Source of the DNA: an uncultured Synergistales bacterium | GTDB taxonomy: Bacteria; Synergistota; Synergistia; Synergistales; JAFGMB01 | Reading direction: 5' to 3' | Assembly (NCBI GenBank): GCA_964519285.1 | Contig: CAZFJG010000004.1 | Location: 1 to 45,796, forward strand | DNA: 45,796 bases | In this document: positions 9,020 to 21,451 of the stretch, one piece after another | Layout of the letters: the number at the start of each line of letters is the position of its first letter | How positions within the stretch are numbered: the first letter of the stretch is position 1 | Program-made: the position numbers and the translations under genes | Notes under the pieces: model-generated | What the model saw: only the letters and a program-made list of their open reading frames with translations | Databases searched by the model: none | What the model was told of the DNA's origin: nothing

Positions 9020-10429
9020 TTATAGCTTTTTCTTCCACTTAGGACCATGAGGTGTGTCTTCAATAACGATACCCTTTTCCAACAGTTCATCCCTTATGGC
9101 ATCGGCTTTTGAGAAGTCTCTGGATTTCCTCGCTTCTTCCCGCATCTGAATCATCTTTTCTATTTCGTCCTCAGCTTCTTCCTGTATAGAGGTAATTCCT
9201 ATGACTCCGAAGATGCTGTCAAAATCCTCGAAAAATTTACGCGCCCGGGAAAGGACAGATCTGTCAAGAGTAGCACTTTCCTTCATGTAAGTATTGACAA
9301 GCCGGACATATTCGAAAACAACTCCTGTTGCTCCGGCAGTATTAAAATCATCATCCATTTCTTCCTTGAACTTCTTTTCAAGGTTTTCCATCTCCATAAG
9401 GATTGTTTCATCCTTCTGGTCCTTGAATTCCCTGTTCTTCATGGCATGATCGAGGTCCGAAATGCAGTTCTGGAGCCTTCCTACCGCGGAAGCAGCCTGT
9501 TCTATTCCTTCAGGAGCAAAATTGATAGGAGACCTGTAATGGGCACTTAGCATGAACATTCTCAAAGCAAGGGGAGAGTATTTTTCCCTTGCAGCCCTGG
9601 CTGTGAGGAAATTGCCAAGTGATTTTGACATCTTTTCCTTATCTATCAGTAAGTAACCGTTATGGATCCAGTATTTCACGAAGGTCCTGCCAGTTGCTGC
9701 TTCTGCCTGGGCGATCTCGTTCTCGTGGTGGGGAAAGGTCAGGTCTGCTCCTCCTGAATGGATATCAATTGTTTCCCCGAGTAACTTCATTGACATTGCG
9801 CTGCATTCGATATGCCATCCCGGGCGTCCCTCTCCCCAGGGACTTTGCCAGTAGGGTTCGTTGGGTTTTTTCCCTTTCCAGAGTGCAAAATCAAGGGGAT
9901 GTTCTTTGTCAGGGTTTAGATCGACTCTTGCTCCTGACTGCAGTTCCTCAAGAGACTGTTTAGACAGTTTGCCATATTCGCTGAAACTGGACACACTGAA
10001 ATAGACGTCCTGTCCGAGAACATAAGCATGACCATTGTCCAGCAGCTTTTTTATCAATTTTATAATGTCATCAATGTGTTCTGTAGCTCTCGGATAGTGA
10101 TCAGCTCGTTTTATTCCAAGTGCGTCTGCATCCTCGAAATAGTCTGCTATTGTTTTTTCTGCAAGTTCAGGTACAGTTATTCCAAGCTCATTTGCCCTGT
10201 TTATCATCTTGTCATCGATGTCTGTAAAGTTCTGGACAAAGGTTACTTCATATCCTGAATATTCCAGGTATCTACGAAGTACATCAAAAACTATGAAAGG
10301 GCGTGAGTTGCCTATATGGAAGTAGTTGTATACAGTGGGTCCGCAGCTGTAAAAACCTACTTTGCCAGGATTTAACGGCTCAAAGGTCTCTTTTTTTCGT
10401 GTGAGATCATTGTAAAGTTTAAGACTCAT
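9020..10429 (-). CDS. cysS: cysteine--tRNA ligase
   Basis: Class I aaRS with HIGH-type FHIGNSR and KMSKS motifs. ATG at 10429 has GGAGGTG 6 nt upstream; the ORF-track start at 10444 is a TTG with no RBS. Confidence 0.93.
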   Translation of the reverse strand: MSLKLYNDLTRKKETFEPLNPGKVGFYSCGPTVYNYFHIGNSRPFIVFDVLRRYLEYSGYEVTFVQNFTDIDDKMINRANELGITVPELAEKTIADYFEDADALGIKRADHYPRATEHIDDIIKLIKKLLDNGHAYVLGQDVYFSVSSFSEYGKLSKQSLEELQSGARVDLNPDKEHPLDFALWKGKKPNEPYWQSPWGEGRPGWHIECSAMSMKLLGETIDIHSGGADLTFPHHENEIAQAEAATGRTFVKYWIHNGYLLIDKEKMSKSLGNFLTARAAREKYSPLALRMFMLSAHYRSPINFAPEGIEQAASAVGRLQNCISDLDHAMKNREFKDQKDETILMEMENLEKKFKEEMDDDFNTAGATGVVFEYVRLVNTYMKESATLDRSVLSRARKFFEDFDSIFGVIGITSIQEEAEDEIEKMIQMREEARKSRDFSKADAIRDELLEKGIVIEDTPHGPKWKKKL

Positions 10430-10567
10430 TACGGGCACCTCCAAATGGTTATTTTATTACTTTACATAGAGTATTATATAATTGGCGATTATAATAATAA
10501 CATTTGATCTTGAGTCTACAAGAAGAAAAAGCATTAATTTGCAGGAAGGGGTCAGGAATAGCCTGAA

Positions 10568-12061
10568 ATGAACCAGAATTATAGCAGTAAAGTTCGGGAA
10601 CTGGTAAGAAGTTTTCCTTCAAGACCAGGTGTATACCTTATGCATGATGAAAATGGCAATGTTATATACGTGGGGAAGGCAAAAAACCTGAAAAAAAGAG
10701 TGTCCTCCTATTTCAGACATAGCGGTTTTGCTTCTCCCAGACTTGCCAAACTGGTCAAAAGCATAGAGGACATTTCAATAATACGTACAGAATCAGAGGC
10801 AGAAGCATTTATTGTTGAAGCAAGGCTGATAAAAAAATACAGTCCTTTTTTTAATGTTGATCTTAAAATGAGTGATCGTTATCCCTATGTAAGGATAACT
10901 TCAGAAAGATTTCCGAGGGTTCTGATCACGAGGAATCGGAGAAAAGACGACAACTGTACTTATATCGGGCCTTTTGTCGCTGCCGGGGAAATTAGAAACC
11001 TTTTAAGGCTGATTCAGAGGTATTTCCCTCTCAGGACCTGTTCTTTAAATCTCGATAAAACCACCTTAAAAAGGCCCTGTATCAATTATTCCATTGGTAG
11101 ATGTCCCGGACCCTGTTGTGGAATGTGTTCAGAAAGAGAATACAGGGAGAGGGTTGATGATATTATCCTGCTTTTAAGAGGCAAGGGAGCAGACCTGGTG
11201 GACAGGTTGAGAACCAGAATGGACGAAGCATCGTTCAGACTGGCCTTTGAGGAAGCGTCAAAACACAGAGATGCCATAAGGGCGATCTGGAAACTCAGCA
11301 GACAGAAGATATCTTCCAGTCTTGAGGGAGATCTTGATAAAAATACCTGGGATATCATGAACAGACTACAGGAAAAACTGAATCTGCCTGTTCTGCCATG
11401 GCGTATTGATGGTTTTGATATCTCACACAGCCACGGAGAGGCGACCTATGGAGTTGTCGTTGTTTTCGAACAGGGAATTCCCAATCCTTCACTTTACAGG
11501 AAATTCTCCATAAGATCGGTGGAGGGTATAGACGATTTCAGAAGTATGGCTGAAACAGTGAAAAGAAGATACAGTCGATGTCTTTCAGGGGAAGAACCAC
11601 TTCCTCAATTGGCAGTAATAGACGGAGGTCCGGTTCAGCTTGATTTTGCAAAGAAGACCCTTAATGAAATGGGCCTTGAGAAAGTTCCTGTAGTGGCCCT
11701 TGCGAAAAGAGAGGAACTTGTATATCTCACAGGCAGGGAAGAACCGGTTCATATGTCACTTGACGATGAAGCCTTGAAGCTTCTTCAGAGGGTCAGAAAT
11801 GAATCTCACCGTTTTGCAGTAAACGCTCACAGGAAAGGTTACGGCAAAAAGCTTGGAAGGAACGCTCTACAGGATATACCGGGAGTAGGCAAGCACAAGG
11901 CTGCTAATCTTCTTTCTCATTTCGGAAGCGTAAAGAATATCTCTTCCCTCGAACCGGAAAAATTGACTCAGGTAGAGGGTATTGGTCCAGTTCTGGCCGA
12001 AAAGATACACTTAAGTCTTAATGGAAGCAGCGGAGAGGAGGGAGCCCGTGAGGCAACATGA
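10568..12061 (+). CDS. uvrC: excinuclease ABC subunit C (short form, 497 aa)
   Basis: GIY-YIG domain (PGVYLMHDENGNVIYVGKAKNLKKRV), Cys-rich segment, UVR motif (FEEASKHRDAIRAI), C-terminal endonuclease domain (IDGFDISHSHG) and HhH (IPGVGKHKAANLL). Confidence 0.85.
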   Translation: MNQNYSSKVRELVRSFPSRPGVYLMHDENGNVIYVGKAKNLKKRVSSYFRHSGFASPRLAKLVKSIEDISIIRTESEAEAFIVEARLIKKYSPFFNVDLKMSDRYPYVRITSERFPRVLITRNRRKDDNCTYIGPFVAAGEIRNLLRLIQRYFPLRTCSLNLDKTTLKRPCINYSIGRCPGPCCGMCSEREYRERVDDIILLLRGKGADLVDRLRTRMDEASFRLAFEEASKHRDAIRAIWKLSRQKISSSLEGDLDKNTWDIMNRLQEKLNLPVLPWRIDGFDISHSHGEATYGVVVVFEQGIPNPSLYRKFSIRSVEGIDDFRSMAETVKRRYSRCLSGEEPLPQLAVIDGGPVQLDFAKKTLNEMGLEKVPVVALAKREELVYLTGREEPVHMSLDDEALKLLQRVRNESHRFAVNAHRKGYGKKLGRNALQDIPGVGKHKAANLLSHFGSVKNISSLEPEKLTQVEGIGPVLAEKIHLSLNGSSGEEGAREAT

Positions 12062-13148
12062 GATAGACAGATATTACATGCGCATAGCCCTGAGTCAGGC
12101 CATGAGGGGTGAACTTGCAACTCCTAATCCAAGGGTGGGCTGTGTCATTGTTAACAGTTCCGGAATAGTAGCAACTGCTTATCACGCGCAATGTGGACAG
12201 GATCATGCGGAAGCAGCTGCCCTGAAAAAAGCAAAAGATAGAGCAAGAGGATCAACTGCCTATGTTACCCTCGAACCCTGTTCTCATTACGGCAGGACAC
12301 CTCCCTGTGCACCGAGACTTGTTGAAGCGGGAGTTAAGAGGGTTGTAACGGGAACAGGAGATCCGGATCCAAGGGTAAGAGGAAGAGGAGTGGACATTCT
12401 TCTAAAAGGTGGAGTTGAAGTTACTGAGGGCATTCTTGAGGATGAATGTCGCTGGATCAACAGGGGGTTTATCAGAAGACAAAAAGCCAAAAGGCCCTGG
12501 GTGATCCTGAAGTCAGCTGTAACTCTTGACGGGAAGATAGCCCTTCTTTCCGGTGAAAGTAGATGGATAACTGGTTATACTGCAAGGAAGATGGCCCATT
12601 TGTTGAGAGGTTCTACCGATGCTGTGATGGTGGGGGCTGGGACTTGTAGAACTGATGATCCCAAACTGACCCTCAGGGAAGCGGAAGGAAGGGAGTCGCT
12701 GAAAATAGTCATTGATCCTTCCCTTTCAATACCCTTTAATGCCAGCATTTACCTTGAAGGCAGGGGCATTATAATTGCATCGGCAGGTAAAAGTAAAATG
12801 ATCTCCGGGACTGACGGGGCTTCCAATTTCAGAATAGAGGAAATAAAACCAGAACCTGGTGGACATCTTGCTCCTGAGGATATACTTGCAACACTTGGCA
12901 GTCTCGGTATTAATTCAGTATTAGTGGAGGGTGGAGCAAAGGTTACATCTGACCTTCTTAAAAAAGGTCTTGTTGATGAGGTCAGTCTTTTTGTTTCCCC
13001 ATCCATAGTCGGAAAGGGTCTTTCCTTTACGGAATATTTGGAAACAGCTTTTATGAAGGAAAAAATACGGCTCAAAAATGTTAGAATAAGCTCCGTTGGA
13101 AAAGACTTTCTGATTGAAGGGATACCGGAATGTTCACTGGACTTATAG
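12021..13148 (+). CDS. ribD: bifunctional diaminohydroxyphosphoribosylaminopyrimidine deaminase / 5-amino-6-(5-phosphoribosylamino)uracil reductase
   Basis: Deaminase motifs DHAE and TLEPCSHYGRTPPC, plus a C-terminal reductase half. The start is uncertain: ATG 12021, or GTG 12048 with AGGAGG 6 nt upstream. The conserved YYM segment rules out ATG 12078. The gene overlaps the uvrC 3' end. Confidence 0.88.
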   Translation: MEAAERREPVRQHEIDRYYMRIALSQAMRGELATPNPRVGCVIVNSSGIVATAYHAQCGQDHAEAAALKKAKDRARGSTAYVTLEPCSHYGRTPPCAPRLVEAGVKRVVTGTGDPDPRVRGRGVDILLKGGVEVTEGILEDECRWINRGFIRRQKAKRPWVILKSAVTLDGKIALLSGESRWITGYTARKMAHLLRGSTDAVMVGAGTCRTDDPKLTLREAEGRESLKIVIDPSLSIPFNASIYLEGRGIIIASAGKSKMISGTDGASNFRIEEIKPEPGGHLAPEDILATLGSLGINSVLVEGGAKVTSDLLKKGLVDEVSLFVSPSIVGKGLSFTEYLETAFMKEKIRLKNVRISSVGKDFLIEGIPECSLDL

Positions 13149-13798
13149 AGACAAAAGGCAGGATCGCTGGCATAAAAAAACATAGAGAAATAGTCAGGTT
13201 CCAGATAATGTCACCTGTTATAGCATCTGATGCAAGACCTGGAGATTCAGTTTCTGTATCTGGAGTCTGCCTGACGGTCTGTGAAAGGTCTTCTGAAACC
13301 TTCATAGTTGAAATGATGTCCGAAACAAGCGTCAGAACGACCCTTGGATGGAAAAAAACTGGAGATGAAGTTAACCTGGAGCGGGCTCTTTCTGCTTCCG
13401 GAAGGCTTGATGGCCACTTCGTTACAGGACATGTTGACGGACTTGCCCTTCTTGATGGAATAAAGGACATGGGAGGTTCGTATATATATACTTTCACAGC
13501 AGAAAGGGATCTTCTTGATCTGACAGTAAGAAAAGGTTCTGTCGCCATTGATGGAGTAAGTCTTACAGTAATTAATTCTGACAGGGAGAGATTTTCAACA
13601 GGTCTTATTCCTACAACTCTTAAAGAAACTACCCTGGGTAGTCTGAAAAATGGAGAAAAGGTCAATGTAGAAACGGATATTCTTGCAAAATATATTTTCA
13701 GGGCAATAAGTGTCTTTGGCGAGAAAAAAGAAGAAGGGGCTGCTATGGAAGAAAGCCTGACCTGGAAAAAACTTACCGAATATGGATGGAGTTTTTGA
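13130..13798 (+). CDS. ribE: riboflavin synthase (alpha subunit)
   Basis: MFTGLIE N-terminus and two lumazine-binding repeats ([25 protein letters not shown]). Confidence 0.92.
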   Translation: MFTGLIETKGRIAGIKKHREIVRFQIMSPVIASDARPGDSVSVSGVCLTVCERSSETFIVEMMSETSVRTTLGWKKTGDEVNLERALSASGRLDGHFVTGHVDGLALLDGIKDMGGSYIYTFTAERDLLDLTVRKGSVAIDGVSLTVINSDRERFSTGLIPTTLKETTLGSLKNGEKVNVETDILAKYIFRAISVFGEKKEEGAAMEESLTWKKLTEYGWSF

Positions 13799-13823
13799 AC
13801 ATGGAAGGAGATATTCAAGACAA

Positions 13824-15071
13824 ATGAAGAAAAATGATCCGGAGATCAGTTTTGATCCAATTGAAAAAGCTATAAATGATCTGTCGAAAGGCAGGATGGT
13901 AATTGTCGTGGACGACGAATGCAGGGAAAATGAAGGGGATCTTGTAGCTCCGGCGATCAACATAGCACCTGAACAGGTAAATTTCATGGTACGTAACGCC
14001 AGGGGGCTTATATGCGTTCCCATAACATCGGAACAGGCCGAAAGACTTGATCTTAAACCAATGGTTTTCGATAATACGGAACGACACGGGACAGCTTTTA
14101 CTGTATCAGCAGATGCCAAGGAAGGAACGACAACCGGGATATCGGCTTTTGACAGGGCCATTACCGCCAGGACTCTGGCGGATCCGGGTTCAAAGTCGAA
14201 TATGATAGCAAAGCCCGGACATATGTTCCCGCTTATTGCCAAAAAAGGGGGAGTTCTCAAGCGTGCCGGTCACACTGAGGCTTCTGTCGATCTTGTCAGC
14301 ATGGCAGGTTTTGCTCCAGCTGCTGTAATATGTGAAATAATGAATCCTGATGGAACAATGGCAAGGCTTCCTGAGCTGGCAGAATTCGCAAAAAACCACG
14401 ATCTTTCCCTGGTTACAATAGAGGATCTGATCAATTATAGATCGAGTCGTGAAATGCTTGTGAAAATGGAAGCTGAGGTCGACCTCCCATCAGCATACGG
14501 AGATTTTAAAGCCTATGCATACAGAGACCTTCTCGACGAGTTTGGGACAGAGAGACTTCATATAGCCCTGGTTAAAGGCGAAACAGGGGATGGGGAAGAT
14601 GTACTTGTGCGGGTTCATTCCGAATGTCTTACTGGGGATGTCTTTGGATCACTTCGTTGCGACTGTGGTCCCCAGCTTCATACTGCCATGGCGAAGATAG
14701 ACAGGGCAGGCAGAGGAGTAATACTGTATATGAGGCAGGAGGGGCGCGGTATAGGTCTTCTCGAAAAGCTGAAGGCCTATAATCTCCAGGAAAAGGGTCT
14801 TGATACCGTGGAGGCCAATGAGGCCCTGGGACACGATGCAGATCTCAGAAACTACGGACTTGGTGCACAGATCCTGAAAGACCTCGGTATAAAGAGCATT
14901 TCCCTTATGACTAATAATCCCAAGAAGATCGTGGGACTACAGGGTTACGGTATTGAAATAAAGGAAAGGGTTCCCCTCGAGATCGATCCGAATGAACACA
15001 ATATGAAATATCTTATGACAAAAAGGGAAAAAATGGGACATCTTCTGCATCTTAAGGATATAATTAAATAA
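13824..15071 (+). CDS. ribBA: bifunctional 3,4-dihydroxy-2-butanone-4-phosphate synthase / GTP cyclohydrolase II
   Basis: DHBP synthase half ([22 protein letters not shown]) and GCH-II half ([21 protein letters not shown]). I preferred ATG 13824 over the upstream ATG 13782, which overlaps ribE. Confidence 0.9.
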   Translation: MKKNDPEISFDPIEKAINDLSKGRMVIVVDDECRENEGDLVAPAINIAPEQVNFMVRNARGLICVPITSEQAERLDLKPMVFDNTERHGTAFTVSADAKEGTTTGISAFDRAITARTLADPGSKSNMIAKPGHMFPLIAKKGGVLKRAGHTEASVDLVSMAGFAPAAVICEIMNPDGTMARLPELAEFAKNHDLSLVTIEDLINYRSSREMLVKMEAEVDLPSAYGDFKAYAYRDLLDEFGTERLHIALVKGETGDGEDVLVRVHSECLTGDVFGSLRCDCGPQLHTAMAKIDRAGRGVILYMRQEGRGIGLLEKLKAYNLQEKGLDTVEANEALGHDADLRNYGLGAQILKDLGIKSISLMTNNPKKIVGLQGYGIEIKERVPLEIDPNEHNMKYLMTKREKMGHLLHLKDIIK

Positions 15072-15103
15072 AAATTGATGTTTATTAGAAAGGGGCCAAA
15101 CTT

Positions 15104-16859
<1,756 letters not shown>

Positions 16860-16998
16860 TTAATCTGCTACAAAAATAAAAGGAAAAAAGATTTTTTTAA
16901 TGTCCAAGGATGGAATATGTTTCGAATCCTTGGTAAAATTGGATTTGCAGTGGATATGATCTTTTTTTGTATTATCCTGCAGGAGGTGTAATTGAGCT

Positions 16999-18744
16999 TT
17001 GTCAGAATTTCCTTATGTAGTCAAAGCGTTTCTGGCTCTTTTTTCTCTGGCTGTTCTTATGTTTGCCAGCCAGAAAGCCTATAAAAAAATATTGACCAGG
17101 CCTCAGTATGACTACATAAGAGATGTTTCGCTTGTGATAGGTTTTGCCATGAGTGTTCTATGGTTCGGTGGATTTCTTTCACGCTTTGTTGTTGGGACAG
17201 CCTTTCTGGCTCTTGTGACAGGTGTTGTTCAACAGAAGTTCAGACACAGGGATACGAGGTATCTTTTTCTATTTATAGGTATTTTATACTCCCTGTGGGG
17301 GCCAGGTATCAATTTTATCGGACTTCCTGAAAGCAGGTACCTGTACCTTTCACAATGGTCTTCCTTTGTAATAACAGCTTTATGGATCGCAATTTTCCCT
17401 GCCCTGATCCAGGAACTTGATAAAATCCCAGGAATGTCCGGGCATCTTCTCGCTGTAACTTTTTCTCTTTCTATAGCTGTTACCTTCTTTTCCGGTCAGA
17501 ATCTTGGCGAAGCTTTTCTCGTATCATTGACAGCTCTTGTACTCCTTGCAGTGTTATGGAGTAGACATGGTCACATGTACAGACAACTGGGAAAACCTCT
17601 TGCTGCTTTCTGGGGAACGATACTCGCAGGAACCTCTCTTCTGGGAGTAAGTAAAGGTATAACTTTCAGTACCCTTATGATATTGCCACTTGGGCTCTTT
17701 GCCATTCCGATTGTTGAGAATTCTTTACATCTTGCATCTGTCGCGCTGACGAACAGAACTGCAGGTCCACGGTATCTTTACAGGGGGCTTATTGGCCGGG
17801 GTATTGATCATCCATCCACGATACATCTTATAACGCTTCTGTGTGGAACCCTTGGTGCAGTGGTTAGCGTTTTCCAGCTTACAGATGGTTTAGTAACTCT
17901 TATGATCGTGATATTGATGCTTATTTCCGTTGCGACCTTTGCTTCTCCACTTATAGCTAAATTACATTCAAGGACTTTAGTTGCAAGGACTCCTGCTATA
18001 TGGGGCATACCTGTTGATAATGTATCCATGAATTACGCACTATCAAAAGTAAGAATAGCCATCAAAAGGATGGAAGAACCATTCCTTGTAGTTACACTCA
18101 ACGCCATAGCAGCAAGACTTGGAAGGGTAGATGATCTTTATCGAAAGGCAGCTACCCGTGCATCTCTATGTCTTGCTGACGGATGTGGGCTTGTATGGGG
18201 ACTGAAGTTCCTTGGAACACCTGTGCAGGAAAGGGTCACAGGTATAGATTTCATGGAGCAGATATGCAGGAATGCTTCAGTGGAAGGATGGCCCGTTTAT
18301 CTTCTCGGTTCAGAGGAGGAAACTGTCAAAAGAACTGCAACTATACTTAGAGAACGCTACCAGGGGCTTCATATTTGTGGTTGTCATTCAGGTTATTTCA
18401 GTATTGATGAAGAAAAGGACATAATAAGTGATATCAGAAATTCAGGTGCAAAAGTCCTTTTTGTCGGAATGGGTGTTCCAAAACAGGAAAAGTGGCTATA
18501 TGAGAAACTCCCCTTTATTGGACCGGTTGTTGCCGTAGGTGTGGGAGGAGCTTTTGATGTCATCTCCGGAAAGCTTGCAAGGGCACCTCAGGTTTTTCAG
18601 AAATGCGGCCTTGAATGGCTATACAGGCTTTTTCAGGAACCATGGAGATTTAAAAGAGATCTTCAGCTTTTTACTTTCGCCTGTCTTGTTTTGTTAACAA
18701 AGATCGGGATAGTTGATAACAGAAAAGAGGTTACAAAAGAATGA
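16999..18744 (+). CDS. fusion protein: about 330-aa polytopic membrane domain plus a WecG/TagA/CpsF-family glycosyltransferase domain
   Basis: The C-terminal ~240 aa carry family hallmarks (LCLADGCGLVWG, YLLGSEEE, VLFVGMGVPKQEKW, GVGGAFDVISGKLARAP, GLEWLYRLFQEPWR). The N-terminal part has about 9 hydrophobic helices. TTG start sits 10 nt after AGGAGGTG. Confidence 0.75.
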   Translation: MSEFPYVVKAFLALFSLAVLMFASQKAYKKILTRPQYDYIRDVSLVIGFAMSVLWFGGFLSRFVVGTAFLALVTGVVQQKFRHRDTRYLFLFIGILYSLWGPGINFIGLPESRYLYLSQWSSFVITALWIAIFPALIQELDKIPGMSGHLLAVTFSLSIAVTFFSGQNLGEAFLVSLTALVLLAVLWSRHGHMYRQLGKPLAAFWGTILAGTSLLGVSKGITFSTLMILPLGLFAIPIVENSLHLASVALTNRTAGPRYLYRGLIGRGIDHPSTIHLITLLCGTLGAVVSVFQLTDGLVTLMIVILMLISVATFASPLIAKLHSRTLVARTPAIWGIPVDNVSMNYALSKVRIAIKRMEEPFLVVTLNAIAARLGRVDDLYRKAATRASLCLADGCGLVWGLKFLGTPVQERVTGIDFMEQICRNASVEGWPVYLLGSEEETVKRTATILRERYQGLHICGCHSGYFSIDEEKDIISDIRNSGAKVLFVGMGVPKQEKWLYEKLPFIGPVVAVGVGGAFDVISGKLARAPQVFQKCGLEWLYRLFQEPWRFKRDLQLFTFACLVLLTKIGIVDNRKEVTKE

Positions 18745-19229
18745 ACGCTCTGGCCAGCCAGCTTATGCATCCTGACCTTACTGCAGTCATGGAGTCTGAT
18801 TTTGTCCATGATGCTGTGCATATCATATACAGTCATAATATTACAGGGCTTCCAGTGATCCGGGAAGACTGGAAACTGGTAGGATTCATATCAGAATCCG
18901 ATATTTTAAAGGCAGCTGTACCAACCTATCTGGAAGTGCTTGCTCAAAGTTCTTTTCTGGCTGATGAAGAATGTACTTTCCTGAAGCGATTTGTGGAACT
19001 TGGAAATACCACAGTTGCGGATTACATGAACCCGGAACCTATTTCGCTCGAACCCACTGCAAGTCTTATGAGCGTTGCGGATCTGATGTTAAGGAAAAAG
19101 ATCAAGCGTATTCCCATCACTGAGGATGGCAGATTGATCGGTATTATTGACAGAGGAGCCTTTTGCGAATTCTTAATGGAGGCTGATTTTATTGACATCT
19201 CAGGAAAAGATGAAAAACTCCCCGAATGA
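18741..19229 (+). CDS. stand-alone CBS-pair domain protein
   Basis: Two CBS repeats (ITGLPVI...LVGFISESDILKA and RIPITEDGRLIGIIDRGAF). The ATG overlaps the upstream stop (ATGA). Confidence 0.75.
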   Translation: MNALASQLMHPDLTAVMESDFVHDAVHIIYSHNITGLPVIREDWKLVGFISESDILKAAVPTYLEVLAQSSFLADEECTFLKRFVELGNTTVADYMNPEPISLEPTASLMSVADLMLRKKIKRIPITEDGRLIGIIDRGAFCEFLMEADFIDISGKDEKLPE

Positions 19230-19560
19230 TTTTTCCTCTATTCATAAAGAGCTTGCGGAATACAAAAAGACCATAACCATGGAAATTGAAAACTACAGGA
19301 TCCTAATGCAGGATGAGATAGAAAAATCAATTACCAGGCTTGATGAAATGGAGAAAAATACTATCGAAAAGGTAAATTCCGAGTGGAATGAATATGATAA
19401 GAAACTGAAAGATTTTAAAAAATCCCAGATAAAAGAATGCAACAGCAAGTTAAACGAGATAAGTCACGACAGTTTTTTTAATGAACTGGTGGAATCTCTT
19501 GCTGAAAATGCAGTAAAACAAATCTGTGATCAGTCCAGGGTGGAATCATCAATTGATTAA
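19192..19560 (+). CDS. probable A/V-type ATPase peripheral-stalk subunit G/H (small coiled-coil protein)
   Basis: About 120-aa charged, helical protein immediately upstream of subunit I. This is the position of atpG in Thermus and atpH in archaea. TTG 19192 has GGAGG 9 nt upstream; ATG 19210 is an alternative. The call rests on position and composition. Confidence 0.5.
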   Translation: MTSQEKMKNSPNDFSSIHKELAEYKKTITMEIENYRILMQDEIEKSITRLDEMEKNTIEKVNSEWNEYDKKLKDFKKSQIKECNSKLNEISHDSFFNELVESLAENAVKQICDQSRVESSID

Positions 19561-19564
19561 AAAT

Positions 19565-21451
19565 ATGTTGAGAATTGCTGTGTGGGGAGTTATTTCCAAC
19601 CGTACTGAGATCATAAGGTGTCTCCATCGTCTGTCAGTCCTTCATGTTGATCAGCATGCTTCAGAAAGGTTTTCCTCGGATGATATTGACAGTCTGCGTC
19701 TTTTAAGAGGAAAACTTCTGGGGATGATCGAAGTATTGAAATGGAATGACTGGAATGTTATCAGGGATCGTGACCTGGAACGGGCAAGGAAAAGTTTTGA
19801 CATGCCTGTTAAGGAGACTGCCAAAGAAATAAACAGCAGTCTTGACCATTTTCAGGAAATGCTTTCAAGAAGGATGTCGGAAAAAGAAGAGCTTAACAAT
19901 ATGCTTTCAAACCTTCACAAGGCCAGTGAGATAGCTTCTCATTTTGATTCTTTTGTTGAAAACAATTTCAGGGATGACGGGGAGATATCCTTTTGGTGGA
20001 TAGATCCTTCAAATCAGGCAAGGATCCTCTCTTCATTGAGAAAAAGAATTTCTCAACTTAAATTTGAAACAGATCCCGATCTGTTTAATTATCACGTGGT
20101 TGAACTTAGAAACAGCGGAAGCATTATTTCCTTAAGTACAGGAACTTATTTAAGTAATTCAGTTGAAGAGATCATGAAGGAGAACGATGCTGTAAGATGG
20201 ATTCCACCTGTAAATACTGAAGACAAGAACCTTTCCGAGGCAATAAAGGAAGAGCGAAATCTCTTGGGGGAAAAGATCCAGTATATTGACAAAGAGCTGG
20301 AGCAGACAAGACATGACTGGGGACCAAAACTGGCCTCCCTTTTTATGCTTGTTGACGAAAAAGCAGAAGAAATGAACATAGAAGCAGGAAGTGAGGATGA
20401 AGGTCATTTCTTCATGATCGAGGGTTGGATACCTGAGGATAGCCTCGAGAAAACAAAAAAAACTCTCCAGTCGGAATTTGGAAATAATGTGTTTTTAAGA
20501 TGGAGATATCCATCAAGTGATGAATGGCATACTGTTCCGACATCCCTTTCGAACTGGGCTGTCTTCAGGCCTTTTGAGGTTTTTCTCAAACTTATGCAGG
20601 CTCCTGTTTACAAAAGTTCTGATCCAACTCCCTTTATTGCTCTTTTTTTCCCTTTCTTCTCAGGTTGTATGGTCGGTGACATAGGTTACGGACTTGTAGC
20701 TTTGCTGATTGGCTATCTGCTTTTCAGAAAGAAACATAAAGCCCTTATGTCCGATATGGGTTACATACTGATAGCAGTTTCACTGTGGAGTATTTTCTGG
20801 GGATTTGCTTATGGTGAATTATTCGGAGATCTCGGCCTCAGGCTTTTTAATCTTCACCCATTATGGCTGGAACGATCCCATGCTGTTATGCCGGTACTTG
20901 TCTTTACTGTAAGTCTTGGATTAGGCCACGTTGTGATTGGTCTTCTGCTGGGTTTCTTCGAAGGACTGAGAAAAAAAGAGAGACACATATGGCTTGAAAA
21001 AGCCGGGAATCTGATACTGATCTCGGGACTTGTCACAGCACTTGTTGTATTTAGGGGTTGGCTTCCTGAAGAGCTATTTTCCCTTTCTTTATCTCTTCTG
21101 TTCATTGGACTGATCTTTTTGATCATAGGTGGAGGGATAGGAGGTCTTGTCGAAAGTTTCGGAACTATAGGTAATATTCTCAGTTATGTAAGGATAGCTG
21201 CAATAGGATTGTCTTCTGCAATACTTGCAGTAGTAGCATCAAAATTTATAGATGTCTTTGGATTGTCCATATTAGGTATTTTTATGGCCCTTTCAATTCA
21301 TCTTCTCAATTTTGTACTTGCCATAGGTGGTTCAAGTCTTCATTCTGCCAGGTTGCACTACGTTGAATTCATGGGCAAGTTCTATGATGGCGGCGGAATA
21401 CAATATAAACCATTTTCCCGAAGGAGGGGTACAGATTGGAAAAAGCACTAA
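19565..21451 (+). CDS. atpI: A/V-type ATPase subunit I (membrane a-subunit)
   Basis: About 630 aa. Soluble N-terminal half and a C-terminal multi-TM half with the conserved SYVRIAAIGLSS arginine region. The start is uncertain (GTG 19526, TTG 19553 or ATG 19565). Confidence 0.85.
   Translation: MLRIAVWGVISNRTEIIRCLHRLSVLHVDQHASERFSSDDIDSLRLLRGKLLGMIEVLKWNDWNVIRDRDLERARKSFDMPVKETAKEINSSLDHFQEMLSRRMSEKEELNNMLSNLHKASEIASHFDSFVENNFRDDGEISFWWIDPSNQARILSSLRKRISQLKFETDPDLFNYHVVELRNSGSIISLSTGTYLSNSVEEIMKENDAVRWIPPVNTEDKNLSEAIKEERNLLGEKIQYIDKELEQTRHDWGPKLASLFMLVDEKAEEMNIEAGSEDEGHFFMIEGWIPEDSLEKTKKTLQSEFGNNVFLRWRYPSSDEWHTVPTSLSNWAVFRPFEVFLKLMQAPVYKSSDPTPFIALFFPFFSGCMVGDIGYGLVALLIGYLLFRKKHKALMSDMGYILIAVSLWSIFWGFAYGELFGDLGLRLFNLHPLWLERSHAVMPVLVFTVSLGLGHVVIGLLLGFFEGLRKKERHIWLEKAGNLILISGLVTALVVFRGWLPEELFSLSLSLLFIGLIFLIIGGGIGGLVESFGTIGNILSYVRIAAIGLSSAILAVVASKFIDVFGLSILGIFMALSIHLLNFVLAIGGSSLHSARLHYVEFMGKFYDGGGIQYKPFSRRRGTDWKKH

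Noticed and set aside
10430-10567. T-box leaders upstream of cysS, and likewise serS and ileS.
   Set aside because: The cysS/uvrC intergenic region is ~138 nt and is shared by two divergent genes. serS overlaps ribH. The ileS leader is under 110 nt. None can hold a ~200-300-nt T-box, and no T-box 14-mer (AANNNGGGTGGTACCGCG-like) was seen.
13081-14260. 245-aa and 221-aa - strand ORFs antisense to ribE and ribBA.
   Set aside because: They are shadow ORFs of well-supported rib genes. They have no recognisable motifs and a biased Ser/Phe/Leu composition.
16904-16933. 8-bp inverted repeat CCAAGGAT...ATCCTTGG with a 14-nt loop after serS, and a possible 19-codon ORF (ATG 16900) across it.
   Set aside because: There is no U tract, so it is not a convincing intrinsic terminator. 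The mini-ORF has no good RBS and nothing to support it. I could not define a promoter for the downstream operon here either.
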